Source: a virus (Duplodnaviria; Caudoviricetes). From it: DNA of 38,382 nucleotides. Below, piece by piece: positions 27,042-36,800 of the stretch. The translations under genes were made by a program, and so were the position numbers. The stretch spans positions 1-38,382 of IMG/VR virus record IMGVR_UViG_3300043414_000151; one strand, written 5' to 3'. Below the pieces are notes generated by a model. The model was not told the DNA's origin, made no database searches, and saw only the letters and a program-made list of their open reading frames with translations. Numbering within the stretch: the first letter of the stretch is position 1; each line of letters opens with the position of its first letter.

Positions 27042-27630
27042 CACCTTGAGCAAGGTGCTGGCCTATGTGGACAGCCCATTCAAGTTGATCGCCATCTTGG
27101 TGATGGGGGTTATGGCCTTTGCAGGGTACTTTGTTTGGCAGAACCAAGAGTTCTTGCTTGGTGCGTACAAAGAGAACCAGAGGCTCCCTTCCATCAATGA
27201 GGAGCGGGTAGAGGATGCGGCTGGGATGCTGTTCAAACAGACCTCGGCGACTGTGGTGGCGGTGTTCAAGGTCAACCCTCTGTTTGGTAGCCGGGTGGTT
27301 CACCGGGCTTATACCCGCGAGGGCAGAGACAAATCTGTTGAAGGGATTGATGTTGGCTTATTTACTTCCAATGCGGCAAACAACCACGATGTCATTCGGC
27401 TCATGGCAAACGAAACACCATGTGGTGAATACCTCAAACCACAATCCGAAGTTGGCCTCTGGTACACGGCACAAGGTGTCATCTACACCTGTCGCACACC
27501 AGTCCCACCAGACATATCCCGGTTCGTCGGGCAAATTACCGTTGGGTTCAAGAGTGAACCTGAAGACCTGAGCGGAACAGTCGCCATGATGGAGATTGCC
27601 GCCACCATGCTCACCAAAAGGAGTCCTTGA
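27013..27630 (+). CDS. membrane-anchored hypothetical protein (lysis region)
   Basis: N-terminal TM (LIAILVMGVMAFAGYFVW) and a soluble alpha/beta domain with two Cys. Confidence 0.65.
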   Translation: MPEEKLNPNDTLSKVLAYVDSPFKLIAILVMGVMAFAGYFVWQNQEFLLGAYKENQRLPSINEERVEDAAGMLFKQTSATVVAVFKVNPLFGSRVVHRAYTREGRDKSVEGIDVGLFTSNAANNHDVIRLMANETPCGEYLKPQSEVGLWYTAQGVIYTCRTPVPPDISRFVGQITVGFKSEPEDLSGTVAMMEIAATMLTKRSP

Positions 27631-28145
27631 TGCTTACCCTATTCTCAACCCTGATCTCTTTCCTGATGGGCGGTTTGCCCAAGTTGCTGGAGTTCTTCCA
27701 AGACCGCAGTGACAAAAAACATGAGATGGCCCTGGCCCAGCTTCAGATACAGCGGGAGTTGGAGATGCGAAAACTCGGGTTTGAGGCCCAGGAGCGGGTC
27801 GAGCATATCAAGTCCGAGCAACTGGAGATGGAAACCAAGTCCAATGAGAAGCAAGCCCTGATCGGCGCTCAACAGGCTGAGATGCAGGCCATATATGCCC
27901 ACGACACCAGCTTAAACGAGGGCACAAGCACCTGGATGAAGAATCTGAGGGCATCGGTGCGGCCAGTCATTACTTACGGCTTCTTCCTGCTTTTGGTGGG
28001 CATTGACGCATCTCTGGCTTGGCACGGCTTCACCACCAATGTGCCTTTTGATGAAATGGCCGACCAACTGTGGGATGACAACACCCAGGCTCTGTTTGCT
28101 TCGATTATTGCGTTTCACTTTGGCGGCAGGGCGTTCGGCAAATGA
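27627..28145 (+). CDS. putative holin (3TM-holin-like)
   Basis: DKKHE, LRASVRPVITY and IIAFHFGGR motifs plus hydrophobic segments; adjacent to the endolysin. Confidence 0.7.
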   Translation: MMLTLFSTLISFLMGGLPKLLEFFQDRSDKKHEMALAQLQIQRELEMRKLGFEAQERVEHIKSEQLEMETKSNEKQALIGAQQAEMQAIYAHDTSLNEGTSTWMKNLRASVRPVITYGFFLLLVGIDASLAWHGFTTNVPFDEMADQLWDDNTQALFASIIAFHFGGRAFGK

Positions 28146-28618
28146 AAGCCAGCCCCCTCGCTTGCGAGGTCATACGCCACCACGAGGGCATTCGGTATAA
28201 ACCCTACCGTTGCCCCGCAAGGCTGTGGACGATTGGCGTTGGGCATGTGCTGTACCCCGAGCAAGGAAAAATCAAGCTCGAAAATCGTGACGAGTTTCTT
28301 TTGCGCCCGGAAGACAATCGCGCATGGACAAAGGAAGAGGTAGATGGACTTCTCAGGTTTGATCTTACAAGGTTCGAGCGTGGAGTGGCTCAGTTTTGCC
28401 CCGTTCCCTTTACACAAGGCATGTTTGATGGCCTTGTCAGCTTTAGTTTTAATGTCGGTCTTGGAACACTCCAGCGTTCGACGCTTCGTCAAAAGTTGCT
28501 TCGGGGCGATAAAACGGGCGCTGGCAAGGAGTTCTTGAAATACATCATGGGCGGGGGGAAAATCCAAAAAGGCTTGCAAAACAGGCGGATTGACGAGAGA
28601 GCATTGTTTTTATCTTGA
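28142..28618 (+). CDS. endolysin, GH24 phage lysozyme
   Basis: HEG...PYRC.....TIGVGH (E-x8-C-x5-T), FDGLVSFSFNVG...STL and GLQNRR..E..LF. Confidence 0.92.
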   Translation: MKASPLACEVIRHHEGIRYKPYRCPARLWTIGVGHVLYPEQGKIKLENRDEFLLRPEDNRAWTKEEVDGLLRFDLTRFERGVAQFCPVPFTQGMFDGLVSFSFNVGLGTLQRSTLRQKLLRGDKTGAGKEFLKYIMGGGKIQKGLQNRRIDERALFLS

Positions 28619-28632
28619 ATGGGTCTTAAAAT
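28604..28632 (+). promoter_or_regulatory. possible sigma70-type promoter
   Basis: TTGTTT (28604-28609), 17-nt spacer, TAAAAT (28627-28632), upstream of the AAGGAG RBS of 28654. Confidence 0.35.
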
Positions 28633-28653
28633 GCCCCCCAAAGGAGTTCCCGT

Positions 28654-29241
28654 ATGACCACTGCCAGCGGGTTATTGCAAGGCTTTCACAAGCATCACAT
28701 CACGCCCAAATTCCTTGGTGGCAACGATAGCTCCTCAAATTTAGTTTTGTTGCACCCAATCGATCATGCAATTGCACATTTTGTGCGATGGAAAATGTAT
28801 AGGTTTGATGGTGATGCTTGGGCATTCAACATGCTCAAAGGTTTTGTTGAAAACGATGGCATCGTGGCAAAGGGCATGAGCCACACAGAAGAAGCCAAAA
28901 TAAAAATTGGCATTGCAAGCGCAACCAGAAAAAGAAAGCCGCATTCCGAAGAAACAAAGGCCAAAATTTCCGCAAAAAAAGCTGGCAAAGTGAGCAATCG
29001 CAAAGGTGTTAAATTGAGCGAAGAAGTCATAGAAAAAATGCGGTGTGCGCGAATCGGCCAAACGCCATGGAATAAGGGTTCTATAGGCGTCATGACGCCG
29101 TGGAACAAAGGCAAGACTGGATTGCAAAGCGCTTGGAACAAGGGCATGATTGGCGTGTCAAAATGGCCTGAAGAAAAAAGACTGGCTCATTCACAGCGCA
29201 TCAAGCAAATTTGGGATAAGCGGAAGCAGGAATCATTATGA
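28654..29241 (+). mobile_element. free-standing HNH homing endonuclease with NUMOD3 and PWNKG repeats
   Basis: HKHHITPKFLGG.D..SNLVLL...DHAIAH HNH pattern; HTEEAK and HSEETKAKIS; WNKG x3. AT-richer than its flanks. Confidence 0.82.
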
Positions 29242-29873
29242 CTACAGCCCAAGTGATGACATTCGACTCGCTGGTGGAGAACATCCAGTCATATCTGGAA
29301 CGCTCTGATACCGCCACGCTTGAGAAGATCCCACTTTTCATCATGCTGGCCGAGCAAGTCATTGCCAGTCAGATCAAGTTCCTTGGGAACCTGACCGTCA
29401 ACACCTCGGCCATGGTTGCCACCCAGGCGATCATTGACAAGCCTGCCCGGTGGCACAAAACGGTCTCGATGAACATCACCGTGGCCGGGAAGCGATACCC
29501 AGTTCTGCTCCGCAAGTACGAGTACCTCCGTGAGTATTGGCCCAACGCCACCACCACGAGCGTCCCCAAGTTCTACTGCGACTACGACTACACCCACTGG
29601 CTCGTGGCCCCCACCCCTGCCTCGGCTTACAGCTTTGAAGTGCTGTACTACGAGCGCGTCCAGCCTCTGGACTCAAGCAACCAGACCAACTGGTTCACCA
29701 TCTACGCCCCGCAAGCCTTGCTCTATGGGTCTTTGCTCCAGGCCATGCCGTTCCTGAAGAACGACGAGCGCATGGGCATGTGGCAACAACAGTACGACTT
29801 GATCATCCAGACCTTGAAGGTGGAGGATCAGTCTCGCGTTGGCGACAGACAAGCCGTGGCGATTGACACCTAA
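29238..29873 (+). CDS. putative tail adaptor / tubular protein
   Basis: IPLFIMLAE, LVAPTP..AYSFEVLYY and APQALLYGSLLQA.PFLKND motifs; ATGA overlap. Confidence 0.7.
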   Translation: MTTAQVMTFDSLVENIQSYLERSDTATLEKIPLFIMLAEQVIASQIKFLGNLTVNTSAMVATQAIIDKPARWHKTVSMNITVAGKRYPVLLRKYEYLREYWPNATTTSVPKFYCDYDYTHWLVAPTPASAYSFEVLYYERVQPLDSSNQTNWFTIYAPQALLYGSLLQAMPFLKNDERMGMWQQQYDLIIQTLKVEDQSRVGDRQAVAIDT

Positions 29874-29884
29874 AGGAACCCCTC

Positions 29885-31132
29885 ATGAGTTACAACAGCC
29901 CATTTACGGGTAATGTCGTCCAGCCAACGGATGTCTCGTACAGAGCGATCACGCTGAGTGCCAACACTCAGTTGCAGTGGCCCATCAACGGGACATCGAC
30001 CAACGATGCCGCCGCCAGGATCATGGAGGTCACGGCCACCACGACCAGCCTGCAACTGTGGATGCCGCCTGCCAACCAAGCATCGGTAGGCCAGGATGCA
30101 ATGATCCGCAACAAGGGCACAAACACCTTTGTCGTGTACGACTACGCTGGCGCACACACCATTGTCAGCATCCCCGCTGGCGAGGCCCGGTACATCTACA
30201 TCACCGCCAACCCTGACGAGTCTGGGACTTGGGGGATCATCGCCTTTGGTATCGGCTCCTCCGGGGCAGATGCGGCCACCCTTGCTGGGTACGGCCTGAC
30301 CGCCATTGGGGCCACGCTGAACCAGAGCCAGCCAGTCACGACCTTCAGTTCCAACTACACCGCCCTGGTGTCAGACCGCGCCAGCACCTATGTGTGGACG
30401 GGTGGCGCAGGCACTTTAACTTTGCCTTTAGCCGCAACCCTTGGAGACAACTGGTTCATGCTGGTTCGCAACGGCGGATCGGGCACTTTGACTGTCCAGA
30501 CCTCTGGCTCCCAGCTTTTCAACGGTTCCACATCGGTGATCTTGCAGGTCGGGGACTCGTGCTTTATCTGCTGTTCGGGGCTTGCGTTCTACTCTGTGGG
30601 CCTGGGTCGGAGCACCCAGTTCAACTTCACTCAGTTGACCAAGGCGGTTACAAACGGGTCATATACCCTGACCGCCACCGAAGCGGCCAATGTGATTCAG
30701 AAGTACACCGGGACTTTGACGGGCAATGTGACTGTCGTCCTGCCAAAGACCATTCAGGTGTACTACATCACCAACCAGACGGATGCGGGTTCATCTGCAT
30801 ACGAGATTACCTTCACCACCAGCACCACTGGCGCGGCAACGGCCATTGTTCCTGCTGGTCAACAGGTGATCTTGCTGTGCGACTCGGCCAATTTGCTGAA
30901 CGCCTCAACCATTGCCGCTGGCGCATCAAACATTTCCCTGGTGAACGGTAGCGCAGGCGCTCCCGCACTGAACTTTGCCTCCGAGGCCACCACGGGCATC
31001 TACCACGGAGCCTCCGGGGAGTTCAATACCTCCATCACGGGCACTCTAAGATCAACCTTGTCGGCCACTGGGCTGGCAATTGTGGGCACTGGCAACTTCA
31101 CTGATGGTGTCGCCGGGGGCATCTTCACATGA
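29885..31132 (+). CDS. tail structural protein (415 aa)
   Basis: Beta-rich; LTLP....LGDNWF and GSAGAPALNF...TGIY motifs; ends VAGGIFT. Confidence 0.65.
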   Translation: MSYNSPFTGNVVQPTDVSYRAITLSANTQLQWPINGTSTNDAAARIMEVTATTTSLQLWMPPANQASVGQDAMIRNKGTNTFVVYDYAGAHTIVSIPAGEARYIYITANPDESGTWGIIAFGIGSSGADAATLAGYGLTAIGATLNQSQPVTTFSSNYTALVSDRASTYVWTGGAGTLTLPLAATLGDNWFMLVRNGGSGTLTVQTSGSQLFNGSTSVILQVGDSCFICCSGLAFYSVGLGRSTQFNFTQLTKAVTNGSYTLTATEAANVIQKYTGTLTGNVTVVLPKTIQVYYITNQTDAGSSAYEITFTTSTTGAATAIVPAGQQVILLCDSANLLNASTIAAGASNISLVNGSAGAPALNFASEATTGIYHGASGEFNTSITGTLRSTLSATGLAIVGTGNFTDGVAGGIFT

Positions 31133-33612
31133 CATCCAAGGTATTTGCCCTCGATACCAAGCCTGGAATCCAGCGTGATGGAACTATTTTTGACAAAGAG
31201 TTCTACAACGATGGCAAGTGGGTTCGCTTCCAGCGTGGACGCCCACGCAAGATGCTGGGGTATCGGCAAATCACCAACCAGATGACCGGGCCATCCCGTG
31301 GTATCTGGGTCAACTCGCAAAACAACTTCACATCGATCTTCAGCGGCTACAACAACGGCCTCCAAGTTCTGAGCATCGACCAAAACGGCGTTGGGTCTGG
31401 AATCAGTGACTTCACCCTGACCAGCTTCACCGCCTCCGACCTCAACTTGTGGCAGTTCGACGGCTTCTTTGATGTGGCAGGGTCGGGCGAGAGCGTCCTT
31501 TTGGCCCATCCTGGGCAGAACTTGCAGGCCATCGACAGCACCGCAAACACGCCCGTGCTGTACGGGAGCCTGACTGGGTCTTCATTGAGCAAGATCGGTG
31601 TTTTTACTGACACCGGGTCAACGACAAACTTCAGCCCCATTGTGACTTTTGCCGCCAACAATTTGCTGATGGGGGCTGGTCAGACCGTGACAGGATCTGG
31701 CATCCCCACCAACACAAAGGTCGTATCTGCCAGTCTTGTGAGCACCACAAACACCTTGGCTGGCGTTGCAGTCACTGGCGTAGCTGGTCAATTCTCATGC
31801 AGTGCTACCACCCTGCTCCTTAACCAGACAATCATTGTGACTGGGACTTTGACGGGAACTGCCACTGGAGTTTCCGCTGGAACCTACTACATCGTCGCAA
31901 CGAACGGAAGCACCACCTTCACCTTGTCGTCAACTTACGGCGGGGCGGGGATCGTTACGACAGCAGGAACGACTGCTGGCCTGACCTTTGTTGTGCAAGT
32001 CTCCAGCCTGTGGACTGTTGTTCTGAGCGCAAACGCCACAGCCACAGCCTCCGTCACTTTGACCTTTGACAACAATGTCTCAGTGTCTGGCGGGGTGGTT
32101 TCCCTGCACCCGTATGTCTTCGTGTACGGCAACAACGGGTTCATCAAGAACTGCGGCGCAGGCAACACAGACGACTGGGTCTCTGCGGACGCCAACGAGG
32201 TCAATGTAGCCACGGGAAAGATTGTCCAAGGGCTACCCGTCAGGGGTGGCTCAAACGCCCCTTCTGGGCTGTTCTGGAGCCTTGACAGCCTTGTTCGCGT
32301 GTCCTACATCGGCGGCCAGGGAACTCCAGTCCAGTATTGGCGGTATGACATCATTGCCCAAACATCGATCCTGTCTTCCCAGTCAGCGATTGAGTACGAT
32401 GGCATCTACTACTGGTGCGGTGTGGATCGCTTCCTGATGTACAACGGTGTGGTCAAAGAGATCCCCAACAACATGAACCAAAACTGGTTCTACGACAACC
32501 TGAACTACGACCAGCGCCAAAAGGTCTGGGCGTCTAAGGTTCCTCGGTACGGCGAGATCTGGTGGTTCTACCCCCGTGGAGATGCCACCGAATGCACGGA
32601 TGCGATCATCTACAACACCCGCGAAAACACTTGGTATGACGCTGGTCAGGCTGTTGGCGCTCAACGCTCGGCAGGGTACTTCTCTCAGGTTTTTCACTAT
32701 CCCGTGGCGGCAGGCTGGAATGTGAGCGAACAGACCGCCGTGTTCTCGGCAAGTTTCACCACTGTGAGCGGCAGAAATACGCTGTACCTTGACACCTACA
32801 ACACGCAAGTGGCCTTGAGGCAGTTGATCACCGGGGCAAACATTCCCGCCAACACCACCGTGACTTTGATCAGTTCCAGCGGCATCAAGACCCTTGGGGC
32901 CATCACTGGTGGGTCTTTGTACACCAACGGGACATACACCAATGTGGCCCTGACAAGCACAGTTGGCGTGAACGCTCGGGCAACCATTGTGGTGAGCGGG
33001 GCCGCTGTGACATCTGTGACCATCACCACTGTCGGTTCTGGGTACATCGTCGGAGGTGCTTTGAGCGCCACTGCGGCAAGCATCGGCGGGACTGGATCGG
33101 GATTCACCGTACCGATCTCGGCCATCTACGCCCAGATCATCACCATGAGCGCCGCCGCAACCGGGTCTGCAACTCAAACGCTGACCTTCAGCACCCCGGC
33201 AAATCAGATCTCCATCTGGCAACACGAGACTGGCGTCAATTCCGTCGAAGGGCAGAATCAAAACGCCATCGAGAGCTATTTTGAGACCAATGACTTGGGT
33301 CTGGTGTCTGGTGGGCCATCTCAGCCTTCCCCCGTGGGGGAGAATTTCTGGTTGCACCTTGAGCGCGTGGAGCCTGACTTCCTCCAGCAAGGCGTCATGG
33401 AGATGTATGTCACTGGCCGACCCTTTGCCCAGGGCGAAGACAAGACCACCGGGCCATACCTATTTGACCCAACCACCGGGAAGATTGACATCAGAGAGCA
33501 ACGCCGGGAGCTTCGCCTGCGCTTTTTGAGCAATGTGGTCAACGGCGACTATCAGGTCGGTCGGATCGTTTTGAACGCCAACACGGGCGATGTGAGGCCA
33601 TATGGCGCTTAA
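31129..33612 (+). CDS. tail nozzle/hub protein (P22 gp10/T7 gp12-like) with inserted beta-sandwich domains
   Basis: PGIQRDGT...WVRFQRGRPRK N-terminus, YWCGVDRFLMYNG.VKEIP, EIWWFYP. Size and position fit a nozzle. Confidence 0.7.
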   Translation: MTSKVFALDTKPGIQRDGTIFDKEFYNDGKWVRFQRGRPRKMLGYRQITNQMTGPSRGIWVNSQNNFTSIFSGYNNGLQVLSIDQNGVGSGISDFTLTSFTASDLNLWQFDGFFDVAGSGESVLLAHPGQNLQAIDSTANTPVLYGSLTGSSLSKIGVFTDTGSTTNFSPIVTFAANNLLMGAGQTVTGSGIPTNTKVVSASLVSTTNTLAGVAVTGVAGQFSCSATTLLLNQTIIVTGTLTGTATGVSAGTYYIVATNGSTTFTLSSTYGGAGIVTTAGTTAGLTFVVQVSSLWTVVLSANATATASVTLTFDNNVSVSGGVVSLHPYVFVYGNNGFIKNCGAGNTDDWVSADANEVNVATGKIVQGLPVRGGSNAPSGLFWSLDSLVRVSYIGGQGTPVQYWRYDIIAQTSILSSQSAIEYDGIYYWCGVDRFLMYNGVVKEIPNNMNQNWFYDNLNYDQRQKVWASKVPRYGEIWWFYPRGDATECTDAIIYNTRENTWYDAGQAVGAQRSAGYFSQVFHYPVAAGWNVSEQTAVFSASFTTVSGRNTLYLDTYNTQVALRQLITGANIPANTTVTLISSSGIKTLGAITGGSLYTNGTYTNVALTSTVGVNARATIVVSGAAVTSVTITTVGSGYIVGGALSATAASIGGTGSGFTVPISAIYAQIITMSAAATGSATQTLTFSTPANQISIWQHETGVNSVEGQNQNAIESYFETNDLGLVSGGPSQPSPVGENFWLHLERVEPDFLQQGVMEMYVTGRPFAQGEDKTTGPYLFDPTTGKIDIREQRRELRLRFLSNVVNGDYQVGRIVLNANTGDVRPYGA

Positions 33613-33856
33613 CCCAGCACAGATCTACGACCCCAGGTTTCATACTTTTGATTCCTGGGCATCGCTCATGTGCGAGTTATACGCCCCGCAACAACTGGAG
33701 ATCCCACACGCCACCACGGATTGGAGAATCTGGGGCAATGGGATCAGAGCCATCGATGTGTTTGCCAATGAAGCAATACCCATGACCGAGAACTTTGACA
33801 ACTGGTTTGACTGGGCTGAAGCCTTGGTCAATGCTGTGAACCCGGCGGTGGCGTGA
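33602..33856 (+). CDS. small Trp-rich hypothetical protein (84 aa)
   Basis: ORF track; coupled to both neighbouring genes. Confidence 0.7.
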   Translation: MALNPAQIYDPRFHTFDSWASLMCELYAPQQLEIPHATTDWRIWGNGIRAIDVFANEAIPMTENFDNWFDWAEALVNAVNPAVA

Positions 33857-36800
33857 TGGCAACACCAGAAGAACTAGCCGCCCAGAGCGCCAAGAACTTA
33901 AATGTCGGTTTCACCCCCAACACGGGCGGTGATCCACAAATCACTCGATCAGACCTTGTCGGAGGAAAGGTGTTAACGGGCGCTGATGGAAATGATTATT
34001 ACTTTGCGCCAAGGGAGTATGTAAATAGAGGGTTTTTGCACAACATCGACGGTAACCCTTACCAGATGTACAACTCCAGATTTTTGGATGGCAATGTTTT
34101 CAAGAACGCCCAGCAATTTACTTCACCAGAAGGGGTTCCTGGCTTTGTCTGGAAGAAGCAAGATGCAATAAATTTGCAGTTGACGAATGCTGATGGCGAC
34201 AGTCGAGTCGGTGGTTATTACATAACCGGGGATGAGCCTGCAATTATTGGCATCGGTAACCCCAATGCAACTCGGGATGATCACCTTGGTCTTATGGCCT
34301 ATGTCACTGTGCCGCGCAAGGTAAGCGATCAGATGGTGTACCAAGACTACATCACCAATGATGGGAGTTCTAACGGCCTGCACTGGGACGGCAACAGGGG
34401 ATATGAATATATTCTCAAGGGCTGGGTTCCTGATATGTTGCGGAAGTCCTTGCCTACCGTCAACGCGATCATGCCAATCGTTATGGAGGTACTGGCTCCA
34501 GGCACTGGGGCGGGGGCAACCTACGCCACATGGTCTGCTGGCACAGCGGCCACTCTTGAGGCTTTGAGGACTGGTAATGTTGAAAAAGGTGTTGTTGATC
34601 TTGCAAAAATATATGCTGTTGGGCAAGTTGCCGATCTTGTAAATTATGGGGTGAGTGCGTATATGCCCACCCTTGAGTTGGGCAAGGTGGCAACAGCCAT
34701 TTTGGGCGGCGCAGGAACAAACGCAATTGTCCAGGGCTTATACGGCAAAGATGTCGGCAAAGCCTTCATTGATGGCGGTATTGCGGCAGGTATCGGCTCC
34801 GTTGCCGGGTCAATATCCGGGTTCTCTCAGCTACCAGTACCGATCCAACGGGTGTTTGCCGCCGCAGTCACAACGAGCTTGCAAGGCAAGTCCCAAAAGG
34901 ACATGGATGCCGCCACACTGCAAGCGGCCATTACCGCTGGCCTGGGCGCAATTGCAAACGGCCTGGAGGCAAACTCCAAGATCCAAAAAGAGCTTGGCCG
35001 GGAAGCCACGCCTGAAGAATTGAACAAGTTCATCTGGTACACAAACAGAGATGCGGCCTTCAACAACAAAGTCTATGACTACATGGGCGGCGTCAAGAAG
35101 GACTTCTCCCTCCAGAATGGCTTTGACACATACACCCTAGACGGCGTTGACTACAAGATTCCCACCAAAGATCTTGATGCTTTTGCCCAAACCCAAGACT
35201 GGAACAGTTGGGCTGATAAGCAAAATGCCGCAAGCATGAACATCACAGACCCCAGGCTTTATCTTGATGCCAAAGCGCAGAAAGAAGGCTGGGGAAGTGA
35301 TGCGGAAAAAGCCGCCGCCACGCTTGGTGGGTTTACCTCCCCTGGCGAGTACACATCCGCTACCACCTTGGGGCTGGACAACAAGGCCGAGTATCAGGAC
35401 TACCAGAACAAAGCCGCCATCTACAAGGAAATTACTGGTAAAGACGCCACCATCAATGATGTCAGGGACTTCATCCGCAATATCCCAACAACCGCAGACT
35501 CCAAAGAGGTAATGCGTGAATTGATTTCTGGCAAAAAACCAGAGGATATTGACAAGAAGTACGACTACAACGGCGATGGCGTAGTTGACATGACCGATGC
35601 CATTGAGATGCTCAAGGCCGAGAAAGGCATGTCTACTGTCACGCCAAACCCCAACACCATTTGGGGCCAGATTAAGGCGACAGACGAGCAGTTCAGAACA
35701 AAAGTTTCTGACAAGACCGAAGAAGAAAAAGTCATTGCCATGTTGCAGGATCGGGGCATCTCGCCAAATGCAGAGCGTGTAGCGGCCATCATGAAGGACT
35801 GGGACTTCAATCCAAGCACCCCAAGTATTGGTTTCTCTGAGGCGTTTGACAAGTCCGACAAGCTGAGTATTGCCAACTCCAGGGCAGACAGTGTTCAGGA
35901 GGCGGCGGCACTTGCCAAGTCATTGGGGTACTCCAGCTTCAACTATGGCGGCAGTGAGTACAAGATCAACACCAACGCCCCGCAGACCAACCCCTACGAC
36001 TTCTTTGCCGACAAAAACGAAGCAATGAAGGCGGCAAGGGCTGACCTTGGCCCTGGGCAGGTGTTCTCTTGGACTGACCCGACAACTGGCGTCACAAAAC
36101 AATACAACACCTACAACGCACAAGAGCAGTCCGCCGTGGATCAAAAGCGCATCGACATGATGCCTGCCTACAGCGATCTTTCGGCAAACACTAGGACGGG
36201 AAGACCAGCAGGCGCTGAAAACTTGTTTGTCGGCAAAAATGATGGCAAGGTCTACGAAGACACCCGAGTGTTTGACCAAAATGGAAATGTGGTGTCTGGA
36301 TCTTTGAGTGTTGCGGACAGATCCAAAACAGCCGAAGTTGCAGGCGCTCTGATGCTTGACGCCACCTCCCAGCTTGGAGATGCCTTCCTGGGCGTGGCAA
36401 AAGCTGTTGGATTGGTTGACCGAGGCGGCAAGGTTGATAGCGCCATGAAGGACTATGTAGCCTTTGCGGACAGCAAAGTCCCGGCAGAAGTCAAAGCTCA
36501 GTCCGCTGAATTTGCGGCCAACATGAAGTCCATCATGGACGATCCAAACAAGAATTGGACAGATGCTGTGGCGGCAGTTGGCAAATCCCCCTTTAAGCAA
36601 CCGCTTATGGTTGCTTTTAGTTTGGCATCTGAGATCGCGCAAGAAGCCCCAATGCTTGGGGCGGCTGGTCTTACCAAGTGGGCCGCAAAAGCCTTCCAAG
36701 CCGCTCCAGCCATTGCAAGCAAGTTCGGCGTTGGGGTGGATGTCGTTTTGAACATGATGGAGTCTGGCGGAGCGGCGGCAAATGATGCCTACACCCGATC

